Position numbers and translations under genes: made by a program. DNA of 64,000 bases from Polymyxa betae A26-41 (lineage: Eukaryota > Protista > Endomyxa: Phytomyxea), in the NCBI GenBank assembly GCA_003693705.1, contig RBZT01000846.1, positions 66,329 to 130,328 of the forward strand, in the 5' to 3' direction. Shown piece after piece: positions 1 through 12,597 of this stretch. Under the pieces are notes generated by a model. It worked only from the letters and a program-made list of their open reading frames with translations, did no database searches and was not told where the DNA came from. Each line of letters begins with the position of its first letter. Position 1 is the first letter of the stretch.

Positions 1-137
1 ACAAGATCGCTCTTATCAAGTGATAGGATGAGAGGCGTTGGCTGTTGAAGATAATTGTCTAGGTAAAGAGAGAGGTGTTGGGACGTTGATGCGGCGGCCT
101 TATCGAATGGCCTCTTTCCTTACAGACGACACTCTCT

Positions 138-990
138 ATGCAGGCTTCGGAGCTTGGCATCCCACCGGTCTATCGCGAGTTTATCGTCAGGCTGGCGAAC
201 GAGTCCATTGAAGATTGCATTGTCGACGACGCCCTGGACCTGTTCGCCCATGCCTTCTATAATGCTGTCCAATGGTGGAGATTGTGCTTGATCACTGATA
301 AAGCTACAACTGAATGATTTCTAGCTCTGGGCATGCACAGATCCAATTCCTAGCTGTAGCTGCTTTCTGCCTCGCATGCAGCATAAACGATCAGGCAGAA
401 TATGGCGATGATCGGCTTCAGGAATATCCCGATCGGGATCAGATTATTATTCGTCGTCTGATGACATCCGATATCAGTTTTGTGATGTGGTGCCATCCAA
501 ACGTTGCTGTAGATATGGCTTCATATCTGCATGCATTCTGTACCCTGATTGGCCTAACTACACATCCAAGACTAATTGCTTCCTATATCGTGTATGCGAA
601 CCATTTGTTTTCGTCGCATTTGAATTAATTTTTGCTTCGAACAGAAACAACATCTTATTACTAGGTCTATGTGGAAAGAAGCATTGCTCGAGCATCGCGG
701 CAATTGCTGTTATTAGGACATGCGAGCTGCTTTCGCTCCATACCGGAATGACGCAGCAAGATTTCTGCTCGACATTTCAGGTCTCGCTGACCTCCTTCAG
801 AAAGCTGAATCGGCAGCTAGTAACATACTGGAGGCAGATCATCCCCGAACACCTCTGGCCATCGACGTCAGCCTTCGTCCAGGAATACCCTCAGCCGACT
901 CTGGTCTTATCACAATATGGCCCTGTGCAACCATGCATACCAGCAGTTCGCGAGCGAAACTGCTTCGCCAACCTCCCCTATCCGTGCTAG
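138..990 (+). CDS. Divergent TFIIB-like protein (two cyclin-fold repeats); 5' end uncertain
   Basis: Introns 275-324 and 592-644 join the frames. Repeat 1 IVDDALDLF..LAVAAFCLAC and repeat 2 AFCTLIGL..LGLCGKKHCSSIAAIAV..TQQDFCSTFQVSLTSFRK follow the TFIIB pattern (IVDRTNNLF..IASACLYIAC; RFCSNL..GRSPISVAAAAIY..TQKEIG..V...TIR). May extend upstream through micro-exons. Confidence 0.6.
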
Positions 991-1411
991 AATCGCTTTG
1001 TTGGGAAAATAAACCATAGAACCCTAACCACAGTGCGACTCTGTACATGGGCCACGATACATGAGCGACTGGCGACGAGTTGTCGGCAGCAGTCACCATT
1101 AGAAGAGGCTCCATCCCTGATTCTGTGACGGGGGAGCCCTCTTCATGCAACTTGAAGCACCCTGATATGGGATCTCACTGTTTGAAATCCAGCGCTCTTT
1201 AGATAGCAGCTTTGTTTTCCACTCCCATCTCCGCTTGTTTATCCCATCGTAGCTGCGCTCCAACTTCCGATCGGGTGACTCATCGGCTAACATGGCGATC
1301 TCGCCGGCAACCCGGGCACCTGCCCTCAATCTTCTAATTCCGGTTTCTAATAATATTCCAGGCGCCCCCAGATCTAAACCCTTTAGTTCCAGCCCTTCGT
1401 CGCGATACGCC

Positions 1412-1870
1412 ATGACCTATTCGCTAAAGCAGCTTAACTTTATCGCCATTGTAGAAGGCATCGTGTTGATCGGTGTTGTCGTGCTTTGTCTCCAAGTCCA
1501 TATCTCAGAGATCATGCCTGTTATATATGGAGGCGTCAGTAACATTGCAATTTTATTTGGCGCGATTCTACTTGCTGTTAAATCGATGCTGTATTTACGA
1601 GGACCTCAAGGCGGTAAAGACGTCGCATTAAAGGCGGCGTGCGTGATGCATTTGGCTGGGTTTATTATTATGCTTTGTGTGCTGGCAGGCTTGCTTTATC
1701 AGTTTCACGATCAGCTATTTACATCATCTGCAACCAGAGTGGACGGTTTGAATTACATCGTGGCGGAATTCGCTGTGATGATTCTCTTGATATTAGTCGA
1801 ATGTTTACTGGGTTGGATTATGTACAAGCGTAAGAACGATAATGATGCCGTTTATTGTCTGGATGTCTGA
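1412..1870 (+). CDS. Hypothetical small membrane protein, about 4 TM helices
   Basis: Single ORF (alternative upstream ATG 1292) with four long hydrophobic segments; no family recognised. Confidence 0.6.
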   Translation: MTYSLKQLNFIAIVEGIVLIGVVVLCLQVHISEIMPVIYGGVSNIAILFGAILLAVKSMLYLRGPQGGKDVALKAACVMHLAGFIIMLCVLAGLLYQFHDQLFTSSATRVDGLNYIVAEFAVMILLILVECLLGWIMYKRKNDNDAVYCLDV

Positions 1871-2126
1871 AATTCCCCAACATAGTTATTTGTTTGTACA
1901 TGACCGCAATCTCCGAGAAGACCATTGATGTTGAAGAAGCATGAATGCGTTCGTTGCTGCCGAAATTTAGCAATAAAAACCCGCTTCTTGCATCTAGAGG
2001 TTGCAAGATCTCTCATCCTTCTGTTAGAGTGTAGTCCGAAGTTGACACTCTGGGACAATAAGCTGCAGCGAAGTGGTACAGTACGATGTACAATTTCATC
2101 ACATCAATTGTCTGCAGGCGAAGAAC

Positions 2127-3676
2127 ATGTTGCGACGACGCCAACCAGATACTTTCGTAGTAGACAACATCAGCATTGATGACAAACAGAAGAGAAGACG
2201 GCCGCTGTCGATTTCGATATCATTGTTTCTTCTGATCCTTGTCTGCATCACGATCTTTCTGTTAACAAATCTGTCCCTCAACAAACGAACGTTGAAATAT
2301 GCAGCTACATTCGTGTATTCAGATGAAGATGCGCCTTACAAAAACGAGCCCGTGAGGGAATATCGCAAACGGCTCGGCAAGCAATTGATGCAGAAAATTC
2401 CGGATACGATCTTTGTTTCGATCGCAAGCTACCGAGATGATGCCTGTCCTGAAACATTGGCAGATATGTTCAAGAAGGCAGCACATCCTGAAAGAATAAC
2501 TGTCGGTTTAGTGGATCAGACTAATCTGGACAACCCGGAGACAGACGACATCTTTTGTGATGCCCTCCTGACTCCAGAACAAAGGAAACAAACCCGACTT
2601 ATTCGTATGGGGCATAAAGCTGCCCGAGGTCCGACTTATGCACGATTTCTGGCATCAAAACTGTGGGAATATGAGCAATACTACATGCAGATTGATGCTC
2701 ATTCGGAGTTCGCTCAGAACTGGGACCAGATGCTGATTGATAACTTGAGAACATTTCCTGATCCGGATCGCTACGTAATCACACATTATCCTCCAGGGGA
2801 ACCCACCGACTTAACACCAGAATCACCCGTCACCTGGATTTGTGCCGCTGAAGATCACGAACAGGCGCCTCTGGGACTGTTCGTGCAATCGCAAGACGTC
2901 TGTTGGGATGTGAATCAGTCGCCAGATCTGCCATCGGGAACATGTGTGTCGCCATTCATGGGCGGTGGGCTGTTCTTCGGAAGCGCTGATATGCTGATGG
3001 ACGCTCCATATGATAAACATCTAGATTATCTGTTCCATGGTGAAGAGGTCCTCATTGTAAGTGATTCACCTAGCAGATTGCGATTACAGCTGATGGATCA
3101 GCATAGGCTGCAAGGCTATGGACCAGAGGATATAATCTGGTGACACCCAGGAAGAATGTATTGAGCCATACTTACGGTGGAAGAGAGAAGAATGTGTACG
3201 GAGATGGGATTGATGGTGAGGCTGCAAGGAGATCTGAAGCAAGAGTACGTCTGCTGATGGATGCTCTGGTTGAAAGCGATGAAGATGGAGCGGGGATTCC
3301 TCAAGACGAGATCGACGATCTCGGAATGGGGACGGTCCGCAGCATTGATGAATATAAAGAGTTCGCTGGTATCAATCAGATGGGTCAAAAACAGTTCTCC
3401 TCAAGATGCAGGCAGCGGTTTCAGGATGGGCAATGGATCGATGTCAACAGTAATGGCAGCGGTCCTGAAGACGGGGGAGAATCTAACGAAGATAACCCCG
3501 ACGTCGTTGAGGAAGACAATCCAGACAAAGGCCAAGAAGATAACCCAGAAGAACCAGAAAACAACGAAGAGGAAAACCAAGAGAATCTTGAAGAGGAGCC
3601 AAACGAGGACACTCTTGAAGAGACGCAAGACGACAGCGATGACGTTATCGAAGAAGATAATAATGATGAAATGTAA
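2127..3676 (+). CDS. GT60-family (Gnt1/Gnt2-like) polypeptide GlcNAc-transferase, type II membrane, acidic tail
   Basis: TIFVSIASYRD, GPTYARFLA, MQIDAH (DxH) and LFHGEE|AARLWTRGY across intron 3057-3106; N-terminal TM anchor. Confidence 0.85.
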
Positions 3677-3802
3677 AATAAACTGCAACAGCAAAATGTA
3701 CGTGAATTAGAGCGCAGTTTTGGCAAGCCTGAACCTCTTCTACCAACATTTGTCCTCGTGAGATCCTGATTGTTAGAGCAATCTGCTCGGACCAAGTTAT
3801 CG

Positions 3803-4515
3803 ATGTCAGCATCGCTGTCCGATCGCTATGAAAACCTCAGCAATGAATCGAATCCTGTCGTCTTTATAGATGTTTCGATTGGCAGCCATGCCGCTGGCCG
3901 TATCGTTATTGAGGTAAATGAAACTCATCATGACTGGGCATATCATCGATGATGATTGCTGTCCCCAGCTGTTTGCAGACTCGGTTCCAAGAACTTGTGA
4001 GAATTTCAGACAATTTTGCAACGGCGAATTCAAACGAAATGGAATGCCTCAGGGCTACAAGGGGGCCAAATTTCATCGAATTATCAAAGATTTCATGATA
4101 CAAGTGATGCACACAGCTGTTGTTTATCTGTCAAATATCTAACACAAAATAGGGCGGAGACTTTGTAAATGGAGATGGAACGGGATGCACATCCATATAT
4201 GGAGAGAAATTTGCTGACGAATCGTTCGGCAGGCGCCATGATTCCCCATTCATCTTGTATGTAGCTGTTTCGATGCTGGTACTTTCGTGTATTAAGATTT
4301 CATTCTCCAGATCGATGGCGAATAGTGGCCCCAATTCCAACGGCTGCCAGTTCTTTATTCTAACTCAACCTAGTCCATGGTTAGATAACAAACATGTTGT
4401 GTTCGGGAAGGTTATTGACGGGTTTCTGACGGTTCGAAAAATTGAAAACGTCCCAACTGGGAAAAGCAATCAGCCCACTTTACCTATTATTATTACAGAA
4501 TGTGGTCAAATGTAA
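3803..4515 (+). CDS. PPIH: Cyclophilin H-like peptidyl-prolyl isomerase
   Basis: [82 protein letters not shown]; 3 introns. Confidence 0.9.
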
Positions 4516-4622
4516 TTAAATCATAATATTGCATCTTGTCATGCGATGCCCTCATGTTTCGGTTAACTTCCTGTCAAATTACTGCCTTTGCAGACTGCAA
4601 TGTATCTCGCTGGTCATTGTGT

Positions 4623-5918
4623 TCATTGAGGGAACAGTATGTTTATTTCAGGTGACAATCTGTTCCCTAACAGTTGTAAATCTGAAATACGATAGTTACA
4701 AAATGTATTGATCATATGCCTCGATGGCACCTACTATAAGAATAGCTGAACATTGCTGGTGTATATCTGCTTGCAGGCAGATCTGGCCTAAGATAGCCCA
4801 TTGCTTTGTAAGCAGACGCGAGCAGTTCCGAACAGAAATATGATTCAGTATCAACATCATCGGGCCGGTGACGACGAAGCACATGAACAGAGGGTTTCCA
4901 AGAGTATCTTTCGAATGTAATAAGTCGAAGATTACGAATTTGAGCAGCAAGCTGCTTACCCACGACCAGCTGTTCGGCGACAAAATGCTGCTAGCGCTCT
5001 CGACGAAGCTTGCGATACAGGCGACTCCAAATGACGGATGCAGATTTGCGAATACTGATCGTGCCACATCTCAGTAACAAACGCCTCAAAGCTTCTGCAT
5101 CGATCGATATTATGCGATGATTTCTGAGAGTCGGCAATTAATCGTACACTACATGAACTCCAGTATTGCCAAGAGCTTCAAGAACAGCGATCTGGCCGGA
5201 TTTCAGCTTTAGGATCATTCCGACATGATCGTAAGAACTCTGAGTCGCCTAGCAAACCGTTCAGCTTTGGCGCCAAGATGGTGCTCTTTGCTGACGTTAC
5301 GAACGATGCCTCCTCGAACACCGGATGTGCGAAATAACAGGATATCACCAGACTGACACGACTGGGAAATATCACCAGCTGCTATATTGATTGGTGGTCC
5401 TAAATCTGGATTCGAACGAATCCTCCAAGGGTTTGTATGGTCGCTGAGCCATATCAGGAAGGATATCATAAAGGCGCCAAGAAATTTCCCAACCTGTCAT
5501 TGATCACAGCTAGTGCAGGCCCTGTTGGAAGATATTTACTGTTGATTATATCACGTACCCAAACTGCTGCTTCCTCGTAGCAATCCGCTCTGAGATAAAA
5601 AGTTCTGTCGCCGTATTTGATCTGAAAAAACGGAGACTCGGCTGCTTCAAAAGAATCATCGCCATCCATCTCGACCTGGCAGGCGTCCTCGATAGCTTGC
5701 AGATTCAAAACGCCTCGTGCTCGCGGCTCGTTCCGCTTATAATATTGAATACAATTTGGAAATAGGACGAACAGCCTGGGTTGCCATAGGTAGCGATCAG
5801 CGACGAAGTGGATTGGGGACCTGGTCCTTTTGTGAAGCACCCCGATTCTCGTCCATGGTCGTGGTTGTTGGTCGGTAGCCTGGTCATCTGGCGCCTGGTT
5901 CGGACCCTGGTCGTTCAT
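4623..5918 (-). CDS. PH domain + permuted papain-like NlpC/P60 (YaeF/YiiX, C92-type) enzyme
   Basis: PH: GVLHKR..WQPRLFVL..IQYYK..FYLRA..EAAVWV. Spliced catalytic part: GDILLF..RN|ATQSSYDHVGMIL..LEA and later YFCSELLASAYK (His before Cys). Confidence 0.8.
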
Positions 5919-6759
5919 CAGACGCGTGTCATGGGATCTGACGATCGAATCCAATCGATCTGCGAATGAAACGAGGGAGGCCGCCGTCCAAACTACACAT
6001 TGAGGTCATCTAAAGTGCCCTCAGTGACAAGCTCATCAGTCCAATTAGGGTTTCCCATCAGTAAGACCAGTAACGGCAGACGACGTGGATGGATTGTAGC
6101 GTTTACAGTTAGCAGAGAAGTCTGATGAAAAGGGAGAGGATGTTCTCATTGTTTTAATGACAAGGCTAGACCAGCTCTATCTCTGATCGCCTCCTGAATC
6201 GACGTCGGAAGCTGCTATCCTGGACTGCCGGCATCAATACCTGCTCTTGCCTTACTGGGCATTCCCTAAAACGGCTGCGAGTCTTGCAGACATCGATTTA
6301 CCACATTTATGGTGAGTTGGTTGACAAGAGATTACTTTCTTCGAATATGTTTTAGGCCGTTTTTTATTCGCAAACACATAACAAAATCGTGATTTTTATG
6401 GATTCATTCTTGTATTATCACAGATTTAATGGGTTTTGACGTTATCAAATGCTTTGACTACGCCTCTTGTTGGTTTGAATGAGGATTAAACTCTGTAGCG
6501 TCGCCAACATTATCTCTTCACATGCTCATTCGTATCACTCGTTCAACCTATCGAATCTGTGACACATCGTAGATTATCAAGGCATCATCTGTTTTGTTCC
6601 GAATTGTCAATGTGATTAACACAGGATAATTGTAGAAAGTTAGAGCAAGTGTAGGTCGCCTCTGATACAACGCTTTATATGTTTGTGAAACAACACAACG
6701 AGGAATGTGTAGTCTAAAGCTGTATTGCACAATGTCGCAAGACGGGTCTCAAAGCTAAG

Positions 6760-7185
6760 GTTCTTTCAAACAACTTCTCCTTATCGAAGCAGCTAGACCA
6801 AGGGATCTTGGCATTGATTTTCACACCAGTATTGTTCTTGTTTGAAACATCATAGTACTGAGTTTAGGGATTTAGCTGCTACTCCATTAATCAAAGATAG
6901 CGAAGCAGAGTTGGGTCGAAGACCTCGGTAGCTGATGTCGCATAATGTTTCAATTGTTTCATTTTCATTTTTAGGCCTGTTGAACGATTAATAGAACCTG
7001 TCGTTAGTCAAATGCCAAGAGATCAGATTTCTTCCAGACAACGCATTTTTGTGGCGAATGACACGAATTCAACTTCCAATGCACTCAGTATCTGGTTGAG
7101 ATTCAAACATCAAAATAATTGGTGACTGTAGGATAGGAGTGGTCGGGTGAAGGAGCCAAGCCAATCGCTAGTATTTGAAGATTAG
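6760..7185 (+). CDS. Fragments of an unidentified multi-exon gene
   Basis: Three consecutive segments splice in frame through about 50-nt GT-AG introns (SFKQLLLIEAARPRDLGIDFH|TATPLIKDSEAELGRRPR|PVERLIEPVV...). Start, end and product not resolved. Confidence 0.3.
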
Positions 7186-8003
7186 GTAACTATCTATAGT
7201 CACAGAATTCGGAATTGGTCAAACAGGACCAGGCATTCCAATTCTCAAAATAGATTTCATCTCAAGATAATCCAGTTTGTGCGACCATTGGCTGAACACG
7301 TTCAAGGAGCAGGATGATATACAAATTTGATGTCAAGTTCTGAGCCAAGGTCATAGAATGCGTTCTTGGTGTTCTCCAATCGCTGCTATTTAGTTCGAAA
7401 GACGGTCTTTTCTTCTGGAGCAGCCCAGATACGGGTCATTTCGGCAACGCTCCCATACACCATCGGCCGTACGCCGAAATCGCGGACTCTCGAGATTCTT
7501 CTTTTCTCGACTGCGGCTGTCGACAAACAGTTGCGAAGCCGGGCATGTTCCTCAGATTCTGCGGACGCAGAAACCGGCTCGGATTCCGGGGCGCAGTCCG
7601 TAACGGCCCACGCGACGCGGCGGCGCTTGCCTTCGTTGCTCACCGTTAGGGCATCGTCGCATATATACGGAATGGCCAAGAACGATGTCCAGATGGATCA
7701 ACAACCGTGTTCAAATCGCAATATTACAATCGCTGTACAGCAACGTCACAGAAAACGACAACGATTGAATTTCTGTGTGACGATGAGTCAGCTGCAGCGA
7801 AGAAGTACTGTTTCGGCGGCACCCCGATCGTAGGTCTGTGTGCCGTGCACGGCGGGCGATAACAAGGGGGTTGTCGCCGGCCGTCAAGCATAGAGCGGGC
7901 GTCCATCGATGCCCATATCGGCTTGATTCGCCGGGTCTGATTTGTGCGAAGTCGGAGTCCGAGGTCCCAACCACCCGCTCCTTACCCGCTCCGTCGCCCT
8001 CCT

Positions 8004-11000
8004 ATGAGCGAGGTCGAAGACGACGCCGACCTGGACGTGCCGCTAACGGCGCCGGCCCATGTCGAACTGCTGCAGCTATCCCAAAACGCTTTGGCCGAAT
8101 GCCTCGAGGCCGGCCGTGACGACAGCGACGATATCGTTGCCGTCCTACCGTCCCAGCGGACCCTGGACCTTGGCAAGTTTATTAGGCAATCGTTTGCCGC
8201 TCTGCATGACGATGTCGAGGCTGAATCCACGCCGATATCGGTTTTCTTCCAGTTCATGGCTGCTGTGACGTCGTTGTTCGACGCCGACCAATACCCTGGC
8301 CTGACCCATGTCGCCAGTATTTTGCACTCGGATTCCGATCTAAATGTCGACCTGGTCGAAGTCGTCATCGTCTATGTTAGAGGCCTGGATATGTCGACAC
8401 AGAGGAATCATACGATTGATGCCTTGACGAATATCTCAAACTTGTTCACGATACTCATGAATTATATCCGGTCGGGCGTCTAGGGTTTCGGGTTCTTGGG
8501 GGTTTGCTGATTTCAACGATTAGCTATGAGTTGACGATGGATCCGACCCAGCGCCTATTATGCTCCAAGTTGGCCGCCAGCGACAATTTGATCGCATTCG
8601 TTAATGAGACCGTCCACTTAATTCGTGTTCGTGTCAATAACGTAATCACGGTCGAGATGCGCGACAGTTTTCGAGCTCGGCTCGTTCAGTTCTGGATCGC
8701 TCTGATCGATAACAAAGTGGGCATTGATCCCGGATTTCATCTCTAAATTGTAACTTTCCTGCCTTAGGTTCTACCGCAATCTACCATTGATAACGTCGCC
8801 TTGTCGTTCATCCGTCACGAAGACGTTTGTATGGTAGTCGGCCATCTACTCAGTCAAGTCGAGCAGGATCAAGAGCCTGCCCTTCTCCTGTTCCGATCGT
8901 ACTGGCCGAATTTTCGGGAAACTCATACACTAATTCTGATTCCGTGCTCTTTGTTTAGATTGGTGACGTCCGAATTCGTCGCGTTTTTGCGGAAAGACTC
9001 ATGGCGAGGCTTACGCGAGAAGTTCCTTAGTCTGGCCTTTGTCAAGATGCAGAACCTGATCGCACGCGACGTCCTTGATGCGTATATTGTTCTTATCCTC
9101 GTCAAGGCAAGCTCACTGATTAATTGGCCACAGGACTGTGAAGGCGGCGTTGGATGTGATGACAATTTTGAATGAAATTCTGGGCGATGCGGCTTTTCTG
9201 TCGCTGCTGATGTCGTCCCGGGTCCATCTCGATATGCTCATGGCCTTCTTCAAGGCTCTGGTCCAGGGAAGTTCGGCTTTGTTCGCCCCGGTCCACATCC
9301 TGGACTCCGACGATGATGACGATGAAGAGCCAGTTACATTACAAATTCATCAACAGCTGTTGAACCGTTTCGCCATCGCCCTGCACGCTTTCTATTGCCG
9401 TCTGACTCAATCCGATAAGGACGCGTTCGTACTTGCATTGCTCGAAGCGCACGATACGGAAACAGCTCGTTCTCAACTGCTCTCTCATCTGAACGAGTTC
9501 GCCGCATTACCGATGCTGACAGGCCGGCAGGCGACGTCGCCCAGCAACAGGCGCGCGTTCTCGAGTTTCGTTGCGCGTGTTCGATCACTCAGCAGTAAGA
9601 CACCGCCGCCCGATCACGACGACGACGACACCAAGACCGAGTCGGCTCCGAGCGCGGATACGAACGCCCCAAAACTCTCCAGACTACGATCATCGGCGCA
9701 GAAACGCAAGTTGTCCGACTTGGATCATTACCTGATGCAGACCTCCTTCCGGCTCACTGGCCGCAACGTTGACCGAATCCCGGACGCGGCGCCGGTCACC
9801 GTACCCGCCCAACTGCCGACTGTGGCGGAGCGATTTCTGGCCGGGCTGCCGACTGTTACTGTTTCGAGACGGGGCGCATCCGGGCCGTGGACGCTGACCA
9901 CAATCCGAGCCGTGAGGCAACACGATTTTCTGATCGAATATACGGGCCGTCGTATGAGCCAGCACGATCTGGCCGGGGCCGATGCCGAGACGCGTTCGCG
10001 CATCGAAGCGTTCGGGCCGAATTCGATAGTGAGACTGAACGGCGATCAGCTGTTGGATGCGTCGCAGACCGGGAGCGTAGCAAGGTCCGGATATGATGCT
10101 CTCTGTGAGACTGAGCTTGATTCTAACCTCTATGCTCTCTCTAGGTGTATAACCCATAGCTGTCAGCCATCGGCTGAGATTCAGCGATGGATCGTGGCTG
10201 GACATCCACGCCTATTCGTGTTTTCTATCAAGGAAATGGCATCCGGCGATCCAGTGACCGTTGACTACAGCGTATTGAATTTAAAGATTACCGATGATCG
10301 GTTCTGATTTGCATTTGCTGATAGGCTGCTGGCATCATAACGCGTCCATTCACATGCAATTGCGGAGCGCCGTCTTGCTCCAATCAACAGATTGAGGTCG
10401 ACGATCTGCCCTGGGATGGCGTGACACCGTCCGGGTCGGCGTCCGTGGACTCGTCCGATTTCGACAACGCCCTACACGCTTTGGCCACGGCCGCCCAAGC
10501 CGAACAGGAACCTGCGCCGTCGGCAACAGCACTGAAGCGCCGAAACGATGCTGTCGACGGGCAGGCAGGGCCGCCCGCCAAACGTCTCTCGACAGATGCC
10601 GCCCCAGGGCCTGTATATCGCGGTACGGCTGCGGGCCTGGTTCGTCAAGCGCAGCAGCTGGCGTCAGGAGCTACCCGCTACGGCCCCGGACCGACTCCCG
10701 GCTTCACGTATGCACCGCCGCGCGGCGCCCTCACCTCCCGATCCGGTCCAGATTCGTTACTGTCGTTCAACAGAGCGCGCGGGTTTGCGTCTAGGGCCAG
10801 CTCGCATGTGGCGATTGCGCGTGGCATTCAGATGCACAGAAAGGCGATCGGTGGACAGACCCCGTCACCTGCACAGAGAAAGGTCCCGGTCGATGTCGTT
10901 GACGGCGCCAATGCCCCTTCACATAAACCGCCAGAACAATGGGATTCCGATCAACAGCAGCAGCAGCAACAACAACAATATCAGCTGCAAGTACAGCAGC

Positions 11001-12475
11001 AACAACAACAGCAGCAGCAGCAGCAGCAGCAACAACAACAACAACAGCTGTATCAACAGTATGCTGCGATGCAACGGGGTCATGTTCCAGGGCAGCAGCC
11101 GCTGATGCAGATGGCACCGCAACAACATGTATGGTTGTACTGGGAAACTTGAATCAGGTTGCCTCAATTTTGCTATATAGATGGTCCCAGCTCTGTATGC
11201 ACAGGCTATGTCTAAGCATCATCAAGCTCAACAGCAACATATGCGACATGTCATGCAGATGTATTCGAGACTGCAACAGATGGGGACAGGACGTGGGACT
11301 GCCGCTTCAGCCCATCCCGTCCCAAACCGATTACCGCAACAGCCGCATCAATCGCCACAACAGCCAGCAGCCACTCTCATGCAGCAACATCCCCTGAATT
11401 CATCGCCAATGCCGTCTGCCGGCACTCCTCAACAGGCTGCTTTACAACAGCAACAGGTCGCAGCATTACAACAACACGTACTTCAACAACAACAACAGCA
11501 GCAACAACAGCAACAACATCAACTGCAACAGCAGCAACAACAACAACTGCAACAGCAGCAGCAACAACAACAAATGCAACAGCAGCAGGTAAGAGAATGC
11601 TAGATTGTTGAAGGCCCTGTCTAAAACTATCTAGGCTGCAAGGGCTAGCACTACTCCAAACAAGTCGAATCTACAACAGAGTGCAACCGGCGACTATATC
11701 CAAATGAACCCACAACAGACCATGATGCAGCAACAGCCACCACAGATGACGATGGGCCAGCATGCGCCGACATCGTCCATGGTGCCGCAACAGCAGCCGA
11801 ATGCCTCGCCTGCGATGGGCCAGCACCAGTTACTATTACAACAGATTCCGGGTCCGCCACGTCAACAGGCCCCACTCCATATGGGTTCAGCTACGAAGAT
11901 GTCACAGATGCGTCCTATGCCGATACAGCAGATGAGGCCGATCATGGCCCCAATGCAACGTCAGGCTCCAGCGGCATCCTGGCCCATGCAATCATCCCGA
12001 CCTCCCATCTATGTCCAGGCGCCGTCGCAGCCGTATGCTGATAACGATATGGTTCAGGTCCAGCCCGAAATGATGTTGCAGGTATGGGTTTAGAATTTCT
12101 AGGGTTTTAAGTAAGTGAAATGTGGTGTAGAGGAATCCAATGCCAGGCCCACAACTGGTCGCACATAGGGCACTACCACAGATACCACAACAGAGGGCGC
12201 CTACCTCATATGATTACCCACCTATGATGGTTGGTTCTGATGGACGTCTCATGTATCATGCCGGCATGCCATGTACCAATACACAATGGACACCACAACA
12301 GCAACTCTTACGTCAACAGCAGATGCAATGGCACATGTATCAGCAAATGCAGCGTCAACAGCAGCAAATGAGACCGCCACCAACACAATCGAATCCTGCA
12401 GATGCGCCATCGTCTATTGCGGATAATACCGAGACATCCAACCAGGCACCCGATCCACAATCATCACTCCAATGA
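8004..12475 (+). CDS. Divergent SET/post-SET domain protein with helical N-terminus and polyQ/Q-P-M-rich C-terminus
   Basis: FLIEYTG, LDASQTGSVAR|CITHSCQPS, RLFVFS, VTVDYS|..FTCNCGAPSC; exons joined by 49-60 nt introns; long CAA/CAG runs. Confidence 0.75.
10952..11588 (+). repeat. Mixed CAA/CAG polyglutamine tracts (about 10952-11047 and 11484-11588)
   Basis: Directly visible trinucleotide runs in the coding frame of the SET gene. Confidence 0.95.
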
Positions 12476-12597
12476 TCATGTCTGAATATGCAGCCCCAGG
12501 GCCATATCATCGTCGTACTGTATATTGTCCAGAGCTCCGAATATATTATCATAGCGTATTTTTCTTAATTAAATTAGCTTGCTAATCAATGAATCAA

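Noticed and set aside
6184-6186. In-frame TGA joining two plausible peptide stretches (possible selenocysteine)
   Set aside because: No selenoprotein motif or SECIS recognised, and the gene model is unresolved.
10548-11397. ORFs with poly-S/N, poly-A/T, poly-L and poly-V/A runs
   Set aside because: Alternative frames and antisense shadows of the polyQ tracts.
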